From Candidatus Hydrogenedentota bacterium (lineage in GTDB: Bacteria > Hydrogenedentota > Hydrogenedentia > Hydrogenedentales > SLHB01): DNA of 56,575 nt. The position numbers and the translations under genes are program-made. The first letter of the stretch is position 1. Every line of letters starts with the position of its first letter. The stretch lies in the NCBI GenBank assembly GCA_029974275.1, contig JARKSN010000278.1, positions 1-56,575 on the forward strand, written 5' to 3'. A model generated the notes under the pieces. The model made no database searches. It was given only the letters and a program-made list of their open reading frames with translations, and had not been told where the DNA came from. Below are positions 9,184-17,218 of this stretch, piece after piece.

Positions 9184-10041
9184 TCACGCCAGGCTGCGGA
9201 GAACTGCCTCTAACGGGTCAAGGATTTCGCTATCGGCCCAGTATTGGTTGTGTGACATGGGGTTCCAGCTTTTGGTGATCCAGCCCCAGACACCGCCACC
9301 GGCATTGACTTGCTTGTCAAACACAGAACTCTTGTATTCATCGGACAAGTCGGTAAGAGGCCACCCCAGCACATCGTCTTTGTCGTAGAAATTGTGCCAA
9401 GCGAACGTATCGTTGGGCTTGGGAAATGGTCGTATATCGGTCTTGGCATGCGCTGCCACGAAAACCGGGATGTTGCACCCTGTTGTGAAAAGAGTCCGCA
9501 ACGTCTTGCCCTGGAGGAAGGTTATGTCGCCGGGGGGCAACCCCGAACCACCTGTAATGGATGATCCAAATGCGTTAATGTCTTTCCATATGCCCACAGA
9601 GACCGGCTTACCGGCGGCACTTTGGCTTGCGTCCCAGAGGTAGCACGACAGCACTTGACAGCCAAGTGAATGTGCAAGGAAGACAACGGGGCTGTCTTCG
9701 CCGACCTCATTTCGGGCCGACCATAACTCCTTGGCGATAGCCACTTGTGCTTGCTCGTAGACGCTTCCCGGCTTCTCCTTTCCACTCTCCAATCCCGCCG
9801 CATCCGCAATACCAAACAGTAGAAACTCGCGAAGACTGCTCCAACCAAGCCCTTCCTGCACCTTCGCCCAAACTCGTTCTTCATTGGGTTGAAGAATTCC
9901 CTGGTAGTAGACGCTTCCCAGATGAACACAGTCGGCTTTCTCCTTCAGTCGTTTCGATAGTTCCGTGAAAAGATCGGCGCTATAGTTTGCGTCAGTTTTG
10001 CCCATTCCGTGGATGGTGATAAAAGCGGCTTTCTTGTTCAT
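9184..10041 (-). CDS. Alpha/beta-hydrolase-fold protein (putative lipase/esterase)
   Basis: TIHGMG oxyanion motif, AHSLG nucleophile elbow, NFYDKDDVLG, SHNQYW; GGAG RBS. Confidence 0.75.
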   Translation of the reverse strand: MNKKAAFITIHGMGKTDANYSADLFTELSKRLKEKADCVHLGSVYYQGILQPNEERVWAKVQEGLGWSSLREFLLFGIADAAGLESGKEKPGSVYEQAQVAIAKELWSARNEVGEDSPVVFLAHSLGCQVLSCYLWDASQSAAGKPVSVGIWKDINAFGSSITGGSGLPPGDITFLQGKTLRTLFTTGCNIPVFVAAHAKTDIRPFPKPNDTFAWHNFYDKDDVLGWPLTDLSDEYKSSVFDKQVNAGGGVWGWITKSWNPMSHNQYWADSEILDPLEAVLRSLA

Positions 10042-10210
10042 TCTGCTTTCTCCCCCGTTGGCACCCGCCGAATTCGACAGCACCCCAGCATGTATTACTA
10101 ACGGTTCCTTGTTCTAGTATAGCACGGTGCTTGCAAAACTAAAATACCTAAAATACCTGTTAACTTAGCGGTGCCGCCCTTTCGGGAAATAGAAAAGGGT
10201 TGTGTGGTTG

Positions 10211-11206
10211 CGCCCGGCACGGAGACCGGGCGCTACGCGTCGGAGAATGCACGGTTGGTGCGATGTTTGTCTTTCGTTGTGTCTCGTGGTGGTCGTAGTG
10301 GTAGAAATCTGGAATGGAACCACGACGGGCACGGCGAGTCCCGACGTTCGGAAGGGAAGGATTTCTCTGCGATCTTTGCGTCCTCCGCGCCTCTGCGGTG
10401 AAGACCCGTAACGCAGAGCCGCAGAGATCGCGGAGAACACAGAGAAGAAAAGACGCCCGGCACGGAGACCGGGCGCTACGCGTCGGAGAGTGCGCGGTTG
10501 GTGCGATGTTTGTCTTTCGTTGCGACTCGTGGTGGTCGTAGTGGTAGAAATCCGGAATGGAACCACGACGGGCACGACGAGTCACGACGTCCGGAGGGGA
10601 AGGACTTCTCTGCGATCTTTGCGTCCTCCGCGCCTCTGCGTTGAAGAACCGTAACGCAGAGCCGCAGAGAACGCTGAGAAAAGAAGAGAAGAACCGCCCG
10701 GCACGGAGACCGGGCGCTACGCGTCGGAGAATGCGCGGTTGGTGCGATGTTTGTCTTTCGTTGTGTCTCGTGGTGGTCGTAGTGGTAGAAATCTGGAATG
10801 GAACCACGACGGGCACGGCGAGTCCCGACGTTCGGAAGGGAAGGATTTCTCTGCGATCCTTGCGTCCTCCGCGCCTCTGCGTTGAAGAACCGTAGCGCAG
10901 AGTCGCAGAGTTCGCGGAGAACACAGAGAAGAAAAGACGCCCGGCACGGAGATCGGGCGCTACGCGTCGGAGAGTGCGCGGTTGGTGCGGTGTTTGTCTT
11001 TCGTTGCGACTCGTGGTGGTCGTAGTGGTAGAAATCTGGAATGGAACCACGACGGGCACGACGAGTCACGACGTCCGGAAGGGAAGGACTTCTCTGCGAT
11101 CTTTGCGTCCTCCGCGCCTCTGCGTTGAAGAACCGTAACGCAGAGCCGCAGAGTTCGCGGAGAACACAGAGAAGAAAAGACGCCCGGCACGGAGACCGGG
11201 CGCTAC
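10211..11206. repeat. Tandem array of four composite palindromic units delimited by five REP copies
   Basis: CGCCCGGCACGGAGACCGGGCGCTAC starts at 10211, 10454, 10695, 10938 (1 mismatch) and 11181; periods 243, 241, 243, 243; intervening sequences near-identical. Confidence 0.95.
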
Positions 11207-11251
11207 AAAGACATCAACGATGGCTATTCCCATGCACAATTTCCCTCGGCC

Positions 11252-11270
11252 TTTTAATGCGATTGCCCTG
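11252..11270 (+). mobile_element. Solo ISAs1-type terminal inverted repeat (IS scar)
   Basis: TTTTAATGCGATTGCCCTG, 18/19 identical to the IR at 80-98. Confidence 0.7.
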
Positions 11271-11283
11271 GGCTTCCCGGGTA

Positions 11284-11312
11284 TTGCATCGTCGCGAACG
11301 GCCTCCTATACT
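11284..11312 (+). promoter_or_regulatory. Putative sigma70 promoter of the PilZ operon
   Basis: TTGCAT-N17-TATACT. Confidence 0.55.
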
Positions 11313-11397
11313 AAGAAAGGCGACGCGGCGGGCTGTGTTCCGGCGCGTTGTCGCGGCGGGTGTGAACGCGGGCGCCAAAAGGGTGCGGGACAGGGAC

Positions 11398-12498
11398 ATG
11401 CCGAATACGGCGCTGTTTTACATAATTTCCGACACGGATACCAGGCTGCTGGCTCCGGTGGCGCTGGTGTGCGTATTTTTCATCGCGGTCGCGATCGTCT
11501 CGGAGATAAGCCGGCAACGCATGCGCACCCGCGCCCGCATTCGCGGCGAGTGGGATGTTGTGCGCAAGGTTTCTTCCGAGAAGGGACTTTCCGCGGACGA
11601 GCAGGGTCTGCTGGAACGTCTTATTCGCCGGTATAGTCCGCGCGCTCCCGTCAGCGTTGTCACCGTGCGGCAGAGCTTCGATGCGTGCGTGAGTGCGTGT
11701 TTGGGGGAACTCGACAAGATCAATTCTCCTGAGTTCGAAACCACGGGCGCCTTGTTGCGGGATGTCCGGGATCGGATTGGTTTGCATTATCTGCCTTTTG
11801 GCCCCAGCATTCGTTCGACGCGGGAACTGCATGCGAGCCAACCGGTGTTGTTTGCCGCGGGGATTGATCAAGCGGATCGAAAAGGCGCGCGGGGATTGAT
11901 TTCCGATATCACCGAGGCGGTGTTTTATGTTACGCCGGAGGAGGGGACGAACCTGGAGGCGTTCACGCCGGGGAATGCGGTTCATTTTTCGCTTTGGCGC
12001 GAGGACGACGCGCGGTACGCTTTTCAGGCGCGGCTTGTCCGTGTGGAAAGCGATCCGGTGCGGCTGGCGTTCCGGCATGCCGTTTCGTTGAACCGGATGC
12101 AGTCGCGCGAGTATTACCGGATCGGTTTTGAACAGAGCGCGTCGGTCGGCATTCTGAACGCTTCCGTGGACGGCAGCGATGACGATGTCCGGCTGCGCCC
12201 GGTGGTCACGCGGACCCGGGGCCGGTTCACGAATTTGAGCGCGGGCGGGTTTGCGATTCTCATTCCGCAGCCGGTGCCGCGTCAAGTGTTGTTGCGCGTG
12301 ACGCTTCAGTTTGACGGTTTTGAGCCGTTCGACGTTGAGGCCCGGATCGTGTCGGTCTTGTCGCTTCCCGGAGGGCAGTATCTGGTCCGCGCGAGCTATG
12401 TCGGGATCAGTGAAGACGTTCGCGATCGCATCACGCGTTTTATCTTCCGGCGGCAGCAGCCTCTGCTGCATCACGCGGACGCCGCGAGCGGGGAGTAG
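11398..12498 (+). CDS. Membrane-anchored PilZ-domain (YcgR/flagellar-brake-like) protein
   Basis: N-terminal TM helix; c-di-GMP motifs RxxxR (QSREYYR) and NxSxxG (NLSAGG). Confidence 0.8.
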   Translation: MPNTALFYIISDTDTRLLAPVALVCVFFIAVAIVSEISRQRMRTRARIRGEWDVVRKVSSEKGLSADEQGLLERLIRRYSPRAPVSVVTVRQSFDACVSACLGELDKINSPEFETTGALLRDVRDRIGLHYLPFGPSIRSTRELHASQPVLFAAGIDQADRKGARGLISDITEAVFYVTPEEGTNLEAFTPGNAVHFSLWREDDARYAFQARLVRVESDPVRLAFRHAVSLNRMQSREYYRIGFEQSASVGILNASVDGSDDDVRLRPVVTRTRGRFTNLSAGGFAILIPQPVPRQVLLRVTLQFDGFEPFDVEARIVSVLSLPGGQYLVRASYVGISEDVRDRITRFIFRRQQPLLHHADAASGE

Positions 12499-12503
12499 CC
12501 CCC

Positions 12504-13226
12504 GTGAACGAGCTTCGGTCCGGTTTCCAGGCAGTCAAAGAACAGATTGGGACGTGCTGGCTCTATGCCGCTTTTGCCGTGACGGCCAGCGTGCTGACGG
12601 TGGTCGAGGGGTATTTGCTGGAGCCGTATACTGCCGTGAAACCCGCCCCTGTTTGGACGGAGCTCGTGGACGTCGCTGTAAACATCCTGCGAATGGCCAT
12701 TTACGCGACAGGCCAGGCGATCGCCTTCTCTCGTTTTGGGAAGAAACTCGATGCGCCGGTGTGGCGCATGGAGTCGGATTGGGCAGCGGTGCGCGCATTT
12801 TTTTCGTTATGGTTTGCCATCGACCTTGTGTGCATTGTGTTGTGGATGTTCGCGGCCCGCTTGGCCTCGGCGGAAGCGGGTCCAGCGCCGGCGGCTCTGG
12901 CCTTTTTCGCCATTTTGGGGTACGCCGCCGCGATGACGCCCATCGGCGCTTGCATCATGTTCGTCAGGCCGCGCACGTGGCAAGAGGCGGGGCGCAGCCT
13001 GCGTCCGCTGGCCAACCAGGCTCCGGCGGCCCTGATTATCCTGTTTTTTAGTTTCGCGAGTTCGTTTTTTTTGCATCTTTTGGCCGAAGACCTGAGCAAA
13101 GTCCGCTGGGCATTGCCTGCGGCGGACTTGGCGGCGGCGTATTTTGATTGCGTGGTTTTCGCGGCGACGTGGTTTTTGTGCAGGACTGATCGCGAGCAGG
13201 GTGACCGCCTTGACATCGAATTCTGA
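12504..13226 (+). CDS. Hypothetical polytopic membrane protein
   Basis: About six hydrophobic segments; tightly packed in the operon. Confidence 0.7.
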   Translation: MNELRSGFQAVKEQIGTCWLYAAFAVTASVLTVVEGYLLEPYTAVKPAPVWTELVDVAVNILRMAIYATGQAIAFSRFGKKLDAPVWRMESDWAAVRAFFSLWFAIDLVCIVLWMFAARLASAEAGPAPAALAFFAILGYAAAMTPIGACIMFVRPRTWQEAGRSLRPLANQAPAALIILFFSFASSFFLHLLAEDLSKVRWALPAADLAAAYFDCVVFAATWFLCRTDREQGDRLDIEF

Positions 13227-13710
13227 TTCGCGCGGCAGCGGCTGCGTTTTTGTGGCGGCGGCGATCGTTCTGGTCGGCGTCGCGGCATTGAGCGTCCTGA
13301 CGGTTTACGTGGCGTATGCGCGGCGAATCCCTGCGGATTCTCCTCTCGCGCGCATGTATCGGACGGAGGCGGATCTCGCGGCGTTGGCAAAGGCCGTGGA
13401 CGCGTACCGCGCCGCGTACGGAGCCTATCCCGACGCAGGGCAGGAGGGTCTTCGGAAAGCCTGTGCGGCGTTGTCGGAGATCGCCAATTACTTGCCCGAC
13501 GGCCCGCCCTTGGACGGATGGAACCGCCCTTTTCACTATGCTCCCGTCGCGGAGCAGGATGCGTATCGGCTGCACTCCGCCGGCGCTTTGGACTCGGAGA
13601 GCGGATTCATTGTCCATGGAGATCCGGAGAAATCGTGGCGTCCGCACTACCGCGCGTTGCAGCGGGAATACATGAAAGCGCCGTCCCAAAAGCCGTTGCG
13701 CCTACGGTAG
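13201..13710 (+). CDS. GspG-like pseudopilin-domain protein
   Basis: N-terminal hydrophobic helix, LAKAVDAYRAAYGAYP, DGWNRPFHY, YRLHSAG.D; start uncertain. Confidence 0.65.
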   Translation: MTALTSNSDSRGSGCVFVAAAIVLVGVAALSVLTVYVAYARRIPADSPLARMYRTEADLAALAKAVDAYRAAYGAYPDAGQEGLRKACAALSEIANYLPDGPPLDGWNRPFHYAPVAEQDAYRLHSAGALDSESGFIVHGDPEKSWRPHYRALQREYMKAPSQKPLRLR

Positions 13711-13723
13711 AAAGAGGTTTTTG

Positions 13724-15007
13724 ATGCATATCAGCCTTCCGTATGCGAAAGCGCCCCTCGAAGCAGACATCGATTGGGGCTGTTTCTGGGGCGTGTTGGA
13801 CGTTGCCGATGTGCCGGCGCCGCCGGATGTCGATGCCGCGGCCTTATCCGCCTTGACGCATCCCATCGGCCTCGATCGCGATATTTTTCATACGGTGTTG
13901 CCGGGCGAGAGCGTGGCCATTGTCGTGTCGGACTCTTTTCGCAAGACGGGCATTCATCTGATTTTGCCCATGTTGCTCGAGGGGTTGGCGAAACGGGGCG
14001 TGCGCGACGAGAATATTTGTTTTGTGTTTGCCACCGGTTCGCATCGCGCCCCGACGCCGCGCGAGCAGGAGGCGATCCTTGGCGAGGAGGCGTACGCGCG
14101 GTTTCGTGCGCGCGCGTTCGTGCATGATTGCGATGACGAAGCGGGGTTGGTGGCGCTGGGGCGGACGTCGCGCGGGACGCCGGTTCTCATCAACCGTCGT
14201 GTGCACGAAGCGGCCCGCGTCATTGTGACGGGATCGGTCGTGTTGCATTATTTCGGCGGTTTCGGCGGCGGCCGCAAGGCGCTTGTGCCGGGGCTTGCCG
14301 GGCGCGAGACCATCGCCCGCAACCATATTCTCAACCTTGATCCTCTCGAAAATCGCCTCAACCCCGATGTCCGCATCGGCGCGCTCGACGGAAATCCCGT
14401 CGCCGAGGACATGCTTGAAGCCGCCCGCATGACCCGAGCGGACTGTCTCATCAACACCGTGCTCGATCGTCATGGACGCATCGCGAGGATATTCGCGGGC
14501 GATCTCGATGCGGCGCATCGCGCGGCGTGCGATTTCGCGCGTTCCTTGTTTTGCATTCCTATCCGGCAGCAGGCCGATTTGGTGGTTGCGGCCGCTGCCG
14601 AGACCGGCAATTTTGTGCAGGCGCATAAGGCGTTGTTTCATGCGTGCCTGGCGGTTCGCCCAGGCGGCCGGGTCGTTCTGGCGGCGCCGTGTTCCGAAGG
14701 GCTTGGCGGCGATCAGTTCGTCAAGTGGCTGCGTCTTGGCGGACCCGAAACCGTTTTCGATCGGTTGCGCGAATCCGCCGAGATCAACGGCCAGACGGCT
14801 TTGTCGTCCCTCCAGAAAGGTCCCTTCACCCATCTTGTCACCGAGATGTCCGGCGAGGACGTTGCCCTGCTCGGGGCTCAAAAAGCCGCCACCCTTTCCG
14901 AGGCCCTGGAGGGAGCCCGCGCGATTCTTGGCGCCGCCGGAGTCCATCGTCCCGCCTACTACCTCATGCCCACCGCGGCGTACGCCGTGCCGATGTTGGG
15001 CGACTGA
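13724..15007 (+). CDS. larA: LarA-family nickel-pincer-dependent racemase/epimerase
   Basis: VSDSFR, ATGSHR, VHD, GRTSRGTPV, HYFGGFGGGRKALVPG, RNH motifs. Confidence 0.85.
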   Translation: MHISLPYAKAPLEADIDWGCFWGVLDVADVPAPPDVDAAALSALTHPIGLDRDIFHTVLPGESVAIVVSDSFRKTGIHLILPMLLEGLAKRGVRDENICFVFATGSHRAPTPREQEAILGEEAYARFRARAFVHDCDDEAGLVALGRTSRGTPVLINRRVHEAARVIVTGSVVLHYFGGFGGGRKALVPGLAGRETIARNHILNLDPLENRLNPDVRIGALDGNPVAEDMLEAARMTRADCLINTVLDRHGRIARIFAGDLDAAHRAACDFARSLFCIPIRQQADLVVAAAAETGNFVQAHKALFHACLAVRPGGRVVLAAPCSEGLGGDQFVKWLRLGGPETVFDRLRESAEINGQTALSSLQKGPFTHLVTEMSGEDVALLGAQKAATLSEALEGARAILGAAGVHRPAYYLMPTAAYAVPMLGD

Positions 15008-15063
15008 TCCCAAGTCCCCAGCGCGCCAATGCTTTGGCGCGGCATTATGGACGAGCGGGCGGG

Positions 15064-15092
15064 TTGACACCTTTTTGGGGCAAGGCTACAAT
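15064..15092 (+). promoter_or_regulatory. Near-consensus sigma70 promoter
   Basis: TTGACA-N17-TACAAT, 33 bp upstream of the ATG at 15126. Confidence 0.75.
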
Positions 15093-15125
15093 GCGCTGGA
15101 AACATCGCGGGCCTTGGAAATTGCC

Positions 15126-17174
15126 ATGAAACGGTACACCTTCGGCGCATTTCTGGTTGACGACACGAATCGGCAGGCGTATGACGCATGCCTTCGTATC
15201 GCCGAGCGCGATCCCGAGGCTCCGAAGCTGACCGTCCTCGTCGGCGAGGAAGGGTGCGGCAAAACGCATCTGCTTTACTCCATCGTGAATCATGTGCGAG
15301 CGGCCTCTGTCCGCGTCGGTCTTGCGTGCGTCACGGCGCAAAATCTTCCCGAACAGGTCCGCGCGCTCATCGAGGATCCTTCCCCGCTGGATCGCATTCG
15401 TCATGCCATTCTGCTGGTGGACCAATTGGAGCAGATCGATGGGATCGAGACGCGTCCGGACATGCAGGATCGCCCCGGACAGGCCGACTATCTGATCGAG
15501 GAACTCCAGGCGGTCATTCATATTTTTCTGGATAAAGGGCACCGGGTCGTGATCGCTTCCAACGTATATCCCGCGCATTTGCGCAGCCTATCGGAAAGCG
15601 CCAAGCAGCGTATTGCCGAGGGCGACGTCATCCCGATAGCGCCGATCCGTCCGGAAAACCGCATGGACGTTCTGACGCAGCGTGCGGCGGGCGAAAGCGA
15701 AGAAATCATTCGCAGGCAGCAACAGGAAATTGCCGAACTGCGCGCTTTGCTCGAGAACGCTTCCGCGAAGCCCTCGCCCTACTCCTCTGGCGAAGCCGGA
15801 TCGGCGACGTCCGATCGAGCCGCCCGGGAAGACGCGGAACGGAAATTGGCCGTGGCGAAGGCGCATGAGGAAAGCCTCCGTCAGGAGCTTGCGGATGCGG
15901 AGCGTCAGCTCCAGACGCTGCGTGAAGTGGTGGACGTCGCCGCGAAGGGTCCGGCTCCGCAGGAATGGAGTCATTTGCATGCCGATCTTGAACTGGCGCA
16001 CGCTCAGGCCGCCGCCGCCGCCCAGGACGCGGAGCGGCTGCACGGCGACTTGCGCAGGCTTGAAGCGGAACGCCAGGAGATGGCCTCTTTTCGGACGCAG
16101 TTGGAAGAGGCCGAACGCCGGATAGCGGCGTTGGACGCCGAGAAGCGGTCGTTGAGCGACGCGCTGGAAGCGGCCCGCCAGGATAGCCAACGCGCCCGCG
16201 AGGAGGCCAATGGGCTTCTCGGGCGCGCCCAGCGGCTGCTGGACCAAATCGAAGCGAATCGGGCTTTGCTCGCCCAAACGGAAGCCGAACATGTGCGCCA
16301 GATTCAGCAACTCGAGATGACCCTCGCCGCCGGATCCCCTGCCGCCGCGCAGGATGAACTCCGTTTTACCCGTGAGCAAGTCCATCGCGTGCAGGCGCAA
16401 CTCGAAGCTCAAGAGGCGGTTCTTGTTCAGGAGCGTGCGCGTTTCGAGCAGGAAATCGCGGATGTCCAGCGGAATTGCACGGCCGAGATTGAGCAAGCGC
16501 ATATGGATCGCGATGTGGTCCGTTCCGAACGCGATGAACTCCGGCAGCAGCGCGACGAGGTCATTCGCGATCAGCAGCAGTTGCTTGCGGCGATCGAACG
16601 CACCAAGCAAGAACGCGATGCGCTTGATGAGGAAATCGACGCTCTGCGCGCTTCGCGCGACCTGATGCAGGCGCGGATCGAGGAAGCGAGTTCGTCGCTT
16701 GGAAACGTCAAGAAGGAGCTGGAATCGCTGCGCGTGGAGGCGGCTGAAGAAGTCGCCCGGGCGCATGCACAGGCGGGCGAGCTCGAAAATCGTCTTGTGC
16801 GTACGGCGACGCTTCTGCGTGAAACGCGGGCGCACGGCAAAACCGCCGCGCAGGAGATGGTTTCGTGGTCGGCGCGGCTTGCCGAGGTCGCCAACGCCTT
16901 TGGTCAATTGGGCAAGCAGCTTGACGAGACGATGGCTCCGATCGAGCCCGAGGCGCCGATAGCGCCGTCTTACTTGGACGAGGACGAGATGCCCGAGGAC
17001 GCCGCCATGCTTCGGAAACCTTTCGATCAGGCCGATTTTGACGAAGCTTTCGCCCGCGCCGCAGAGTATGCCGATGAAACCGGCGATCGGGTTGTCGTGG
17101 ACGAAGATCGTCTGGAGGCGCCCCAATCGCCTCACGAATCGCCGGATGTTCGCGGCGAGGAAGACGTCGATTAG
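15126..17174 (+). CDS. DnaA/Hda-like AAA+ domain fused to a long coiled coil and acidic tail
   Basis: RYTFGAFLV..TNRQAY, Walker A GEEGCGKTHLL, Walker B-like LLVDQLEQI, followed by E/Q/R/A/L heptad-rich sequence. Confidence 0.8.
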   Translation: MKRYTFGAFLVDDTNRQAYDACLRIAERDPEAPKLTVLVGEEGCGKTHLLYSIVNHVRAASVRVGLACVTAQNLPEQVRALIEDPSPLDRIRHAILLVDQLEQIDGIETRPDMQDRPGQADYLIEELQAVIHIFLDKGHRVVIASNVYPAHLRSLSESAKQRIAEGDVIPIAPIRPENRMDVLTQRAAGESEEIIRRQQQEIAELRALLENASAKPSPYSSGEAGSATSDRAAREDAERKLAVAKAHEESLRQELADAERQLQTLREVVDVAAKGPAPQEWSHLHADLELAHAQAAAAAQDAERLHGDLRRLEAERQEMASFRTQLEEAERRIAALDAEKRSLSDALEAARQDSQRAREEANGLLGRAQRLLDQIEANRALLAQTEAEHVRQIQQLEMTLAAGSPAAAQDELRFTREQVHRVQAQLEAQEAVLVQERARFEQEIADVQRNCTAEIEQAHMDRDVVRSERDELRQQRDEVIRDQQQLLAAIERTKQERDALDEEIDALRASRDLMQARIEEASSSLGNVKKELESLRVEAAEEVARAHAQAGELENRLVRTATLLRETRAHGKTAAQEMVSWSARLAEVANAFGQLGKQLDETMAPIEPEAPIAPSYLDEDEMPEDAAMLRKPFDQADFDEAFARAAEYADETGDRVVVDEDRLEAPQSPHESPDVRGEEDVD

Positions 17175-17218
17175 CATCGATCCATTCAATCGCCGGACGC
17201 ATGGCTTGGGGGAGAACA

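Noticed and set aside
10211..11206. CRISPR array (five 26-bp palindromic repeats at regular spacing)
   Set aside because: Intervening segments are ~216 bp and nearly identical to one another rather than unique spacers; no cas genes in the window
10160..11397. ORFs inside the repeat array and the upstream extension of the PilZ ORF (from 11041)
   Set aside because: Translations simply mirror the DNA repeat in several frames; no RBS or protein motif
14472..15125. N-terminal extension of the 900-aa DnaA-like ORF
   Set aside because: Overlaps larA in another frame and lies upstream of the promoter at 15064-15092
15008..17218. True dnaA and oriC
   Set aside because: No domain I or DNA-binding domain IV, no dnaN/gyrB context, and no cluster of TTATCCACA boxes noticed
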